Shown here piece by piece: positions 7,330 through 14,958 of a stretch of 29,053 bases of DNA. Source of the DNA: a virus (Duplodnaviria; Caudoviricetes); the IMG/VR virus record IMGVR_UViG_3300033067_000430, positions 1-29,053 of that record; one strand, given 5' to 3'. The position numbers and the translations under genes are program-made. The notes under the pieces are model-generated. The model had not been told where the DNA came from, searched no databases, and saw only the letters and a program-made list of their open reading frames with translations. The first letter of the stretch is position 1; each line of letters begins with the position of its first letter.

Positions 7330-7955
7330 GCTTTAGCGTTATGGCCTCCATCCCGTTTTTCCGGTGCTACGTGCGCCGGGAGTACACGAGGAACCTGCAG
7401 GACAGGCATGGCGAATTCATCCCAGCCATCGCCTATGGCGTCCGCTGCGTCCGGGGCCACTCCTTGTGGTTTCAGTGCATGCTGATGGAGCCGGAAGGCG
7501 AAGCCCCCAACGACACGGGCGGCGCCAGCTTCCTGCTCCCCATCGAGGCCATCTGCCACCAGCCATGCCCCAGGCCAGCAGAGATGACCTACGTCCAACC
7601 GTGGGACGTGTTCTCTTCCGACTTCGGCGTCTGTGAATTCGACTTGCTGTCTCGCGGCGCCGTGTTCGTGCTGCCAGAGAAGCGCCCCGGCCAATACCGC
7701 TTCACGCTGGACTTTATCGGCTCAGACCTGGCCATGGACCCAGAGCAGCACAAATCTTTGCACGTCGTATTCATCGAGGGCGGCTTGATCGGCGCCTTCC
7801 CGAACAACCGCATCCTCTGGCGCGATGACGCCTTCTGGAAAGTCATGGACCAGCGCCCAGACTTTGAATCGCTTGCAGGCGAATTCCGCGCCGAAGGGCA
7901 CCAGCACATCTTCACTAAACCCACCATCAGCCCCATACGGGAGGCCGCAGAATGA
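7326..7955 (+). CDS. conserved phage protein of unknown function
   Basis: Motifs CYVRREY..HGEF, QPWDVFS, YRFTLDF, EQHKS and FPNNRILW, recalled from many phage hypothetical proteins. Confidence 0.75.
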   Translation: MSFSVMASIPFFRCYVRREYTRNLQDRHGEFIPAIAYGVRCVRGHSLWFQCMLMEPEGEAPNDTGGASFLLPIEAICHQPCPRPAEMTYVQPWDVFSSDFGVCEFDLLSRGAVFVLPEKRPGQYRFTLDFIGSDLAMDPEQHKSLHVVFIEGGLIGAFPNNRILWRDDAFWKVMDQRPDFESLAGEFRAEGHQHIFTKPTISPIREAAE

Positions 7956-8476
7956 CAACGACAGTCTCATGGTACGCCATACGTGTGGCGCCAAAGGCTG
8001 AATTTCGCGTCCAGGGCGCCATCTCGCGTTTGGAGCGGCCAGCTATCATGCCGTTTGGAGAACGGTCTGTAGCGCGAGAAAATCGGCCTTCCTTGAGGCG
8101 CTGGAGGAAGTACCCCCTAATCCCGGGGTATGTCTTTGCCGGTTTCTTCGATATGGCGGACTTTGCGCACGTCCGAATGGCTATCAACGCGCCCCTTGAG
8201 CACACGGGCCAGCCTAGGGACATCATCGGCCTTGTCGGCTTCGGCAATAAGCCTGCCGTCCTGAGCAAGGCAGACGTGGCCATGTTGTCCGTGATGACGG
8301 ATGAGCCGCCCGTGGAAGAGGTTCCATTCGCAGTCGGGCAAGACGTGATCGTTTATGGCCAGCGGACCAAAGTCCATACCAACCATCCACAGAGGCGCGA
8401 GTTTGATGCCTTCGTTGACTTCCTTGGCGGCGCTCGCCTTGTACGCACGAGCTACGACACAGCGACGGCTGCGTAA
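7952..8476 (+). CDS. NusG/RfaH-family transcription antiterminator (probable late-gene regulator)
   Basis: NGN motifs WYAIRVAPKAE and PLIPGYVF; degenerate KOW-like C-terminus; sits at the Q-gene position before the late operon. Confidence 0.85.
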   Translation: MTTTVSWYAIRVAPKAEFRVQGAISRLERPAIMPFGERSVARENRPSLRRWRKYPLIPGYVFAGFFDMADFAHVRMAINAPLEHTGQPRDIIGLVGFGNKPAVLSKADVAMLSVMTDEPPVEEVPFAVGQDVIVYGQRTKVHTNHPQRREFDAFVDFLGGARLVRTSYDTATAA

Positions 8477-8523
8477 TTTTATTATCTACAACCGAAATAA
8501 TGTACCGTTAGTGAGTAATTATG

Positions 8524-8552
8524 TTGCGTAGATGTCAGGAATGCGTTAATCA
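8524..8552 (+). promoter_or_regulatory. putative late promoter
   Basis: TTGCGT(8524-8529)-N17-TAATCA(8547-8552) in an AT-rich patch right after the NusG-like gene. Confidence 0.4.
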
Positions 8553-8559
8553 CACGACA

Positions 8560-8860
8560 CAGTGGTTGCGTCGCGTTTAGGGGGCTGGCCCATCCGCTTC
8601 GGAGACATAGCCACAGTCCCCCGCGACAGCAGGAGATGTCCTGCATTTGGCGAAGCGTGTCCAAATGCGGTCGAACAGAATACACTATTCGTCGCCAAAA
8701 TCCATCAAATTCAGACCCGCCCAGAGCATTCCGCCCTAGGCGCAAACTCCCTGCTCTATTCCGCGAACCCGGATTTAGGCAGGGCCCTCTATTCAAGTCA
8801 CCCCGAAATAGTGACGGCCCGCTCCAGGGAGACTAGAGCAGGCCGTTATGTGGGTGCAGA
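8560..8860 (+). promoter_or_regulatory. structured late-operon 5' leader
   Basis: Several stems: 8570-8627, 8629-8644, 8641-8670 and 8811-8849. Confidence 0.5.
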
Positions 8861-8955
8861 CGCCTTACGCAACACGTCACCAAACGCAACACACTCAACA
8901 CCTGCAATAATACGAAACATTGTGATCGAAGTTTGGCGCCTTCGGAGAATTAGTC

Positions 8956-9303
8956 ATGGATTGGACGAATACGCAGGCGGACGCGGCTGGTATTGAGCAC
9001 CAGATGGAGATGCGCCGTCTCATTGAGCAGAACCCTTGGCTTGCCACAGCTCTTGCTGGCGCCGGTGGCGCCCTTCAGTCTGTTCCCGGCCAGCTCACGT
9101 CTGATCAAGAGCGCTACGCTTCTAACCTCCGTCAGCATGCCCCCGGCACCTATAGGGCAGGCGCCTATGGCTTCCCCGCCGCTGTTGGGGTTGGTGGCGC
9201 TATGATCGGAAACCCCGTGATGATGGGAGCAGGCGCCGCAGGCCTCGCAACATCGGCCGCACGCGATCCCCTCGTCATTCAAAACCGCCTTTGGGGCAAA
9301 TGA
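8956..9303 (+). CDS. Gly/Ala-rich hypothetical protein with a hydrophobic glycine-zipper-like segment
   Basis: GGAG SD; 115 aa; first ORF after the late leader. Confidence 0.65.
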   Translation: MDWTNTQADAAGIEHQMEMRRLIEQNPWLATALAGAGGALQSVPGQLTSDQERYASNLRQHAPGTYRAGAYGFPAAVGVGGAMIGNPVMMGAGAAGLATSAARDPLVIQNRLWGK

Positions 9304-9325
9304 CGGCGTGAAACACCCTCGTCAA

Positions 9326-9341
9326 TGTTTCACGGCAAACA
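9326..9341. promoter_or_regulatory. parS-like site
   Basis: TGTTTCACGGCAAACA, 14/16 match to TGTTTCACGTGAAACA; an extra half-site CGTGAAACA lies at 9307-9315. Confidence 0.55.
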
Positions 9342-9342
9342 A

Positions 9343-9552
9343 ATGACCATCGCAATGTCCAAAGAGGAGATCCTAGGCGCAACCCAGCGCCTGATCTCCC
9401 AAGTCCACCGCCACTTAGAGAACGACCCCAAAGACATTGACGTGTCCCAGGCCATCAACCTCCTAGAGAGGGCAATGGTCCGCCTCGAAAGCCTCAGACA
9501 AAATCCCCTCATGGATCTCGATGACCAAGACAAAGGCGTCCGACATTCTTGA
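9343..9552 (+). CDS. hypothetical protein
   Basis: Helical, ~69 aa. The track start MFHGKQ at 9325 is probably just the parS-like sequence read as codons. Confidence 0.6.
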   Translation: MTIAMSKEEILGATQRLISQVHRHLENDPKDIDVSQAINLLERAMVRLESLRQNPLMDLDDQDKGVRHS

Positions 9553-9787
9553 CCTTGCCTTTGCGCTTGGTCTTTCAACGCCCAAGATCGTTACTGGGTA
9601 CGAAAAGGGCTCCACAATCTACATCCTAAGCCACGGGACAATGCCCGTGCGCCACGCCGTCATGATCTACAGCTTCACGACACTGGCAGAGGCCGGAAAG
9701 AAACTGGCCCATTCCGCCAATCTCCCCCTTGCCCACGTCCATAAGGCAATCGCAACCCTGGGCGTAAAACAGACCGTTTCAGCATGA
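9521..9787 (+). CDS. hypothetical protein
   Basis: ATGA-coupled to TerS. Confidence 0.55.
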   Translation: MTKTKASDILDLAFALGLSTPKIVTGYEKGSTIYILSHGTMPVRHAVMIYSFTTLAEAGKKLAHSANLPLAHVHKAIATLGVKQTVSA

Positions 9788-10206
9788 CGAAACAGAAGAA
9801 AAAACATGCCGGAAAAGCAGAGGCAGTTACAACTGAACCTGCACTCGGAAAACAGCCCGTTCCGGCACAGCTCACTCCATGGAAACCCGGCCAAAGCGGG
9901 AACCCTCTTGGAAGACCAAAAGGCAGCCGCAATAAGCTCGCGGAAGACTTCATCAAGGATCTTCACGAGGCCTGGCAAACGCAGGGCAAAGAGACCATCG
10001 AAAGGGTCATCTCTGAGCGCCCGCATGAGTTTCTGAAGGTCGTTGCTGGCCTTCTGCCGAAGGAAATCAAAATCAAGGACGAACTGAGTGAGTTCAGCGA
10101 TGAGCAGCTTGCAGCCCTCAACGCTCTTGCAGTCGCACTCATTGGAGACGCTGAAGGCGATCTCAGCGCGGATCAAGCGGGAGCAGGATCGAAGGCGCTC
10201 AATTGA
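9784..10206 (+). CDS. terS: terminase small subunit (DUF5681-like)
   Basis: WKPGQSGNPLGRPKGSRNKL motif; directly upstream of, and overlapping, TerL. Confidence 0.8.
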   Translation: MTKQKKKHAGKAEAVTTEPALGKQPVPAQLTPWKPGQSGNPLGRPKGSRNKLAEDFIKDLHEAWQTQGKETIERVISERPHEFLKVVAGLLPKEIKIKDELSEFSDEQLAALNALAVALIGDAEGDLSADQAGAGSKALN

Positions 10207-10846
10207 TCGGCTGAAGTTCTACGCGCCGTATGGCAAGCAAAGGGACTTTCACCGGGCGGGCGCTACGCATTCAGAGCGGTTGTTCATGGCAGGCAACCAG
10301 CTTGGCAAGACGGTTGCTGGTGGCGCCGAATGGGCCATGCACCTGACCGGGCGTTATCCTGATTGGTGGGATGGCGCCACGTTCTCTAATCCCGTCACCC
10401 TTTGGGCGGCAGGCGTGACCGGCGAAAGCACCAGAGACAACCCGCAGCGCATTCTAGTTGGCCCCCCACCCAAAGAAGAGGAGTGGGGCACAGGGATGAT
10501 CCCGAAGGATGCCCTTGTTGATTGGCACCGGGCTATGGGCATCGCCAATCTGCTTGATACGGTCATCGTCAAGTGGGGCGGTGGCGGTGATGTCCAGCAA
10601 GGCGAAAGCCAACTTAGCTTCAAGGCCTACGAGAAGGGCCGCGAGAAGTGGCAAGGCCCCACAATTGATGGGGTCTGGTTTGACGAAGAGCCTCCGCTTG
10701 AGATTTACACGGAAGGACTGACGCGCACCAACAACGGCCAGCGCAGCCAGTTCACCATGACGACGTTTACCCCGCTTCTTGGCATGTCGGAAGTCGTTCG
10801 AATGTTCCTGACGCCAAAGCAAATCGAAGGGATGATGAACAAGTGA
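10100..10846 (+). CDS. terL: terminase large subunit, N-terminal ATPase part (P22 gp2-like)
   Basis: PYGKQRDFH, Walker A MAGNQLGKT, Walker B VWFDEEPP, motif III TFTPLLG. Start is 10088 or 10100. Confidence 0.92.
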   Translation: MSSLQPSTLLQSHSLETLKAISARIKREQDRRRSIDRLKFYAPYGKQRDFHRAGATHSERLFMAGNQLGKTVAGGAEWAMHLTGRYPDWWDGATFSNPVTLWAAGVTGESTRDNPQRILVGPPPKEEEWGTGMIPKDALVDWHRAMGIANLLDTVIVKWGGGGDVQQGESQLSFKAYEKGREKWQGPTIDGVWFDEEPPLEIYTEGLTRTNNGQRSQFTMTTFTPLLGMSEVVRMFLTPKQIEGMMNK

Positions 10847-11610
10847 GCCGCCACGTCACGGTGATGACCATCGACGACGCGGAGCACTACACGCCAGAGC
10901 AACGGGCGCAGATCATCGCAAGCTATCCCGAGGCAGAGCGCGAGGCGCGCGCCAAGGGTGTCCCCGTTCTCGGCTCTGGCCGCGTCTTCCCAGTCGATGA
11001 GACGAAGATCAAGTGTGACCCGTTTCCGGTCCCCCGCCATTGGGCGCACATCATCGGAATTGACTTCGGCTGGGATCATCCCTTTGGCGCCGCCAAAATC
11101 GTCTGGGACAAGGACTCGGACGTTATCTATGTGACGGCCTGCTATCGCGAGCGGCAAGCAACGCCGCCGATCCATGCTGCCGCCATCAAGCCTTGGGGCG
11201 ATCGCATCACGGTTGCCTGGCCGCACGACGGTCTGCAGCACGACAAGAGTTCAGGCCTCCAGCTCAAAGAGCAGTATATCAAGCAAGGCCTTAACATGTG
11301 GCACGAGCACGCCACGCACGAGGCTGGCGGCTTTGGCATTGAGGCTGGAATTCTAGAGATCCTTGAGCGGATGCAGACTGGCCGCTTCAAGGTGTTCTCA
11401 ACCCTTAGCGAGTGGTTCGAAGAGTTCCGCCTGTACCACCGCAAGGAAGGCATCATCGTGAAGCTGGCCGATGACATCCTCTCGGCTACGCGCATCGCAG
11501 TAATGATGCGCCGCTTTGCTCTTCCCTTGGGGCAGGAGCCAGACAAGCGGCCCAACGGCGACTATGGCTCTGAATACGGCTATGCAGATGAAAACTGGAA
11601 GGTGGCATGA
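10843..11610 (+). CDS. terL: terminase large subunit, C-terminal part (lid + RNase H-like nuclease)
   Basis: MTIDDAEHY..IIASYP..EREARAKG.P.LGSGRVF, IGIDFGWDHP, AWPHDG and DDILSATR, all P22 gp2-like. Confidence 0.92.
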   Translation: MSRHVTVMTIDDAEHYTPEQRAQIIASYPEAEREARAKGVPVLGSGRVFPVDETKIKCDPFPVPRHWAHIIGIDFGWDHPFGAAKIVWDKDSDVIYVTACYRERQATPPIHAAAIKPWGDRITVAWPHDGLQHDKSSGLQLKEQYIKQGLNMWHEHATHEAGGFGIEAGILEILERMQTGRFKVFSTLSEWFEEFRLYHRKEGIIVKLADDILSATRIAVMMRRFALPLGQEPDKRPNGDYGSEYGYADENWKVA

Positions 11611-11825
11611 AGATCACGCGGGAAATCGTCAGAGACACGTTCCGGGCCAAGCAGAGCATCACGAATTCGTCCGATGACGCCTTGGTGGACATGATGCTCA
11701 GCCGGGTTGACCCCATCAGCAGCCTGATGTCCGACGACAAGGCTGCCATTGCGGCTGCCGCCGATGCCGAAGAGGCGAACTACCAAGAGCAGCGCCAACG
11801 TTTCGCAGAAGAAGCCAAAGGCTAA
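11607..11825 (+). CDS. hypothetical protein
   Basis: ATGA-coupled; lies between TerL and the portal. Confidence 0.6.
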   Translation: MKITREIVRDTFRAKQSITNSSDDALVDMMLSRVDPISSLMSDDKAAIAAAADAEEANYQEQRQRFAEEAKG

Positions 11826-11834
11826 GCACCCGCC

Positions 11835-14006
11835 GTGCAAAACTTCGCGCCCTCACTCGAAGAGCAGATGGCTGCGCCGCCCCAAGACGGCTTGCAGTAC
11901 GTCGAAGGCATGCAGCCGGAACCGGAACCCATGGTTCTGGCAGAGCGCCTTCCTGCGACTTCGCTCTGGCGCATGTATCAGGCTTGGGAAACCGCCAAGA
12001 CCGCCGAAAACCTGGAGATGTTCGAAAGCTCCAAGTATTACCACGGCAAGCAGTGGTCTGACGCGGAACTGAAGGAACTCAAGAAGCGTCGTCAGCCTCC
12101 GACCGTCAAGAACCGCATCCGCCGTAAGGTGGACTTCTTGGTAGGCGTTGAGCAGCGCTTGCGCCGTGATCCCAAGGCCTTCCCGCGCAATCCGGCTGGC
12201 GAAGCCGCAGCGCAGACAGCCACCGCCGTCATTCGCGGCGTACAGGACATGACCAAGTGGCAGTCCGTCGCTTCGGAGTGCGCTCGTGATGCGCTTATCC
12301 GAGGGATTGGTGTTCAGTGGTCTGGTGTCACCAAGAACCGCAAGGGCAAGGTGGACATCAAGAAGCACCAGGTCAAAGGTGATCGGTTCTTCTATGATCC
12401 TCGCTCCGAGGAGTGGGACTTTTCTGACGCGCAGTTCCTAGGTGAAGCCCAATGGATGGACATTGAGCAAGCCCGGGAGTTGCTGCCTTGGGCCACCGAC
12501 CTCATTGACCACCTAGGCGAATACGCCTCGGGCAACAACACGCGCGGTTCGCTCCCCCAGCTCTTTGAGAAGGAAAAGAACTGGACGCAGTGGGTGGATA
12601 CCCAGAAGCGCCGGATCTATCTCGTCTCGATCTGGTATCGCTACCAAGGCCAATGGCTGTTTGACTACTTGGTGGGTGAAATCTCGCTGTGCCCCGACAA
12701 GGAGCGCACCAACGACAAGACGGGCGAAGTCTACCCGCCGATTGACTGCCTCTCGCCCTACATCGATGAGAACGATAGCACCACGCATCCCTATAAAGCG
12801 TGGAGCCCTTACGTTGACTCCGATGGCACCCGTTACGGCATGATCCGTGACATGCGGCCCATTCAGGATGAGATCAACAAGCGCTCATCCAAGGCGTTGC
12901 ATCTTCTCACCGTGCGCCAAGTGCAGGTTGAGAAAGGCGCCGTTGACGACATTGAGAAGACCCGCCACGAGCTTGCCAAGCCGGATGGTCTGATTGAGAT
13001 CAACCCCGGCAAAAAGCTGGACGTGATTAGCCAGACGGCACAGATCCAAGGCAACTTGGAACTGATGCAAGAAGCCAAGGCAGAGATTGAGAACCTTGGG
13101 CCTAACCCGGGCCTCGTAGGCCGTGGCGTTGAAAAGCAGTCCGGCCGCGCCATCCTTGCCCAGCAGAATTCGGGCATGACGGAGCTTTCCCCCGTGTTCG
13201 CACGGATGCGGGAATGGAAGCTCCGCTGCTATCACCACGACTGGAACCTCATCCGCAAGTTCTACACCGACGACCGCTATATCCGCATCACGGGTGACGA
13301 AAAGGCCGTCCAGCATCTACGCATCAATGCCCCCGTCGTCAACGAGATGGGCCAGATTGTCGGCGTTGAGAACGTCGTGGCTGAAATGGACGTGGACATC
13401 ATCTTGGACGAAGGCCCCGACACGATCACGATGCGGGAAGAGCTGATCAACGCCATCAGCGACCGTCCTGATATCCCCGTTGAGCTTATCATCGAGATGT
13501 CCAGCCTGCCGGACAAGGACTCCGTTCTCAAGAAGCTGGCAGAGTTCAAAGCCCCGCCGCCTGACGTTCAAGAGATGAGCAAGCGGATGGCCCAGCTTGA
13601 AGAAGCCATGGCCGCCAGCAAGGTAGACAAGCAGCAGGCTGACACGGAGAAGGTGCGGGCTGACACGGCGAAAGTCATGGTCGAATCTATGATGCCGCCC
13701 GAGGCCTTCCCGCAGATCTTCCCGCTGACCTATGGGCGCCCGACGTTTCTAGATCAAGCTGTAGGCATGATGGGCGGCCCGCCGCCGCCTCAGATGCCGC
13801 CGCCCGGCATGGAGCAGAACGCCCTGGCTGGGCCGACCGGGATGCCGCCCGATATGCCACCCGACGCCATGCAGCCTAATGCGATGATGCCTGAGGGCAT
13901 GCCGCAGGAAGACTACCTTGCCCAGATGGCTCCGTATCCTGATCCCCGGGAATACACGGAGCCGCAGCTTGGTGAGCGCGGCGGCCTACCCATCGGCCCC
14001 ATGTAA
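11835..14006 (+). CDS. portal protein (P22-like)
   Basis: YYHGKQW, P.VKNRI...V, YGMIRDMRPIQDEINKRSSK, SGRAI and DVDIILDEGP; C-terminal barrel helix and a Pro/Met-rich tail. Confidence 0.92.
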   Translation: MQNFAPSLEEQMAAPPQDGLQYVEGMQPEPEPMVLAERLPATSLWRMYQAWETAKTAENLEMFESSKYYHGKQWSDAELKELKKRRQPPTVKNRIRRKVDFLVGVEQRLRRDPKAFPRNPAGEAAAQTATAVIRGVQDMTKWQSVASECARDALIRGIGVQWSGVTKNRKGKVDIKKHQVKGDRFFYDPRSEEWDFSDAQFLGEAQWMDIEQARELLPWATDLIDHLGEYASGNNTRGSLPQLFEKEKNWTQWVDTQKRRIYLVSIWYRYQGQWLFDYLVGEISLCPDKERTNDKTGEVYPPIDCLSPYIDENDSTTHPYKAWSPYVDSDGTRYGMIRDMRPIQDEINKRSSKALHLLTVRQVQVEKGAVDDIEKTRHELAKPDGLIEINPGKKLDVISQTAQIQGNLELMQEAKAEIENLGPNPGLVGRGVEKQSGRAILAQQNSGMTELSPVFARMREWKLRCYHHDWNLIRKFYTDDRYIRITGDEKAVQHLRINAPVVNEMGQIVGVENVVAEMDVDIILDEGPDTITMREELINAISDRPDIPVELIIEMSSLPDKDSVLKKLAEFKAPPPDVQEMSKRMAQLEEAMAASKVDKQQADTEKVRADTAKVMVESMMPPEAFPQIFPLTYGRPTFLDQAVGMMGGPPPPQMPPPGMEQNALAGPTGMPPDMPPDAMQPNAMMPEGMPQEDYLAQMAPYPDPREYTEPQLGERGGLPIGPM

Positions 14007-14013
14007 CCACTCA

Positions 14014-14029
14014 CGTTTGTCGTGAAACA
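14014..14029. promoter_or_regulatory. parS-like site
   Basis: CGTTTGTCGTGAAACA, 13/16 match to parS and 14/16 to the reverse complement of the 9326 site; intergenic. Confidence 0.5.
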
Positions 14030-14086
14030 TTTCACGCTGCGCGCGTCGCTTGGCGCGTGGCTGTTGTGCGCATCAACCAAAGCGGC

Positions 14087-14170
14087 TCGCCTCCGTGGGC
14101 GTAAAGCACGGCGCTAATTCGCAAGACGGCGACAGGTTCGGCGGTTCGTCCCCTCCAACGACACAGGAGA
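14087..14170 (+). promoter_or_regulatory. tandem mini-hairpin/pseudoknot leader of the scaffold gene
   Basis: Three small (T)CG(C/T)..(G/A)CG(A) hairpins; units 1 and 3 can form H-type pseudoknots, and unit 3 pairs with the SD. Confidence 0.6.
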
Positions 14171-14178
14171 GATTCGCA

Positions 14179-14937
14179 GTGGATACCGTGATGGAGTCCG
14201 ATCCGTTGGCTGATGCCATGCAGGCGCTCGTTGAGCCCTCTGCAGAGGTAGCACCAGACGCTCAGACGCAAGTTGAGACGCAGCCCGTTGCCCCTCCGGC
14301 ACCGGAACCTCCGCCCCAGCCGTCCCGCACAGTCCCGCTGCCTGAACTGATGGAAGAGCGCCACAAGCGCCAATTGGCAGAACGCGAACGCGAATCTGCC
14401 CGGCGTGAATTGGAACTCGTTCAAAGGTTCATTGAAGGGCAAAGGCAACAGCAGCCCCCGCCGCCGCCGATTGACCCGGTTGCCGATCCTGAAGGCGCTT
14501 TCCGCGCCCTCGCAGAACGGCAAGCCATGATCGCACAGCAGATGCAGGAACAGTCCCTGCACCAGCGCGCGAACATGTCGGAGATGTTTGCCCGGCGTGA
14601 CCACGGTGACGAGAAAGTCGAAGCCGCGATCCAAGCTGCTGTCCAGTCCGGTCTCAACCGTAACTTCATGATGCAGCCTGACCCGTATGGAGCGCTCATG
14701 CGCTGGCATGCGGCGCAACAGGTTGCCTCTGAAGTCGGCACCGACCTGCAAGCGTACCGCCAGAAGGTGGAAGCGGAAGTCCGCGAACGCCTCCTGGCCG
14801 AAGCACGCGCAGCCGGAAGGCCCGCCCCTCAGAACCTCCCACCGTCGCTGTCAACAGCGACCCGAGCAAATGTCCCGAATTCTCAGGTTGTCGATGACCG
14901 CGACTTCTTCAAGTCGGCATTCGCCAAGCGAATGTAA
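14179..14937 (+). CDS. capsid scaffolding protein
   Basis: AGGAG SD then GTG at 14179; VPL.EL.EER.KRQ motif, coiled coil, Pro-rich linkers, LPPSLS near the C-terminus; lies between portal and capsid. Confidence 0.85.
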   Translation: MDTVMESDPLADAMQALVEPSAEVAPDAQTQVETQPVAPPAPEPPPQPSRTVPLPELMEERHKRQLAERERESARRELELVQRFIEGQRQQQPPPPPIDPVADPEGAFRALAERQAMIAQQMQEQSLHQRANMSEMFARRDHGDEKVEAAIQAAVQSGLNRNFMMQPDPYGALMRWHAAQQVASEVGTDLQAYRQKVEAEVRERLLAEARAAGRPAPQNLPPSLSTATRANVPNSQVVDDRDFFKSAFAKRM

Positions 14938-14958
14938 ATCCTCAAAAGGTGACGGACC

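Noticed and set aside
8508-8522. CtrA-box-like TTAG-N7-TTAT
   Set aside because: Both half-sites are imperfect and the region is AT-rich; too weak to call.
8562-8996. 144-aa + strand ORF in the late leader
   Set aside because: No SD, atypical composition, overlaps the SD-supported gene at 8956, and coincides with strong RNA structure.
14050-14178. N-terminal extension of the scaffold in the ORF track
   Set aside because: AGGAG plus GTG at 14179 is a better start, and the upstream region looks like a structured leader.
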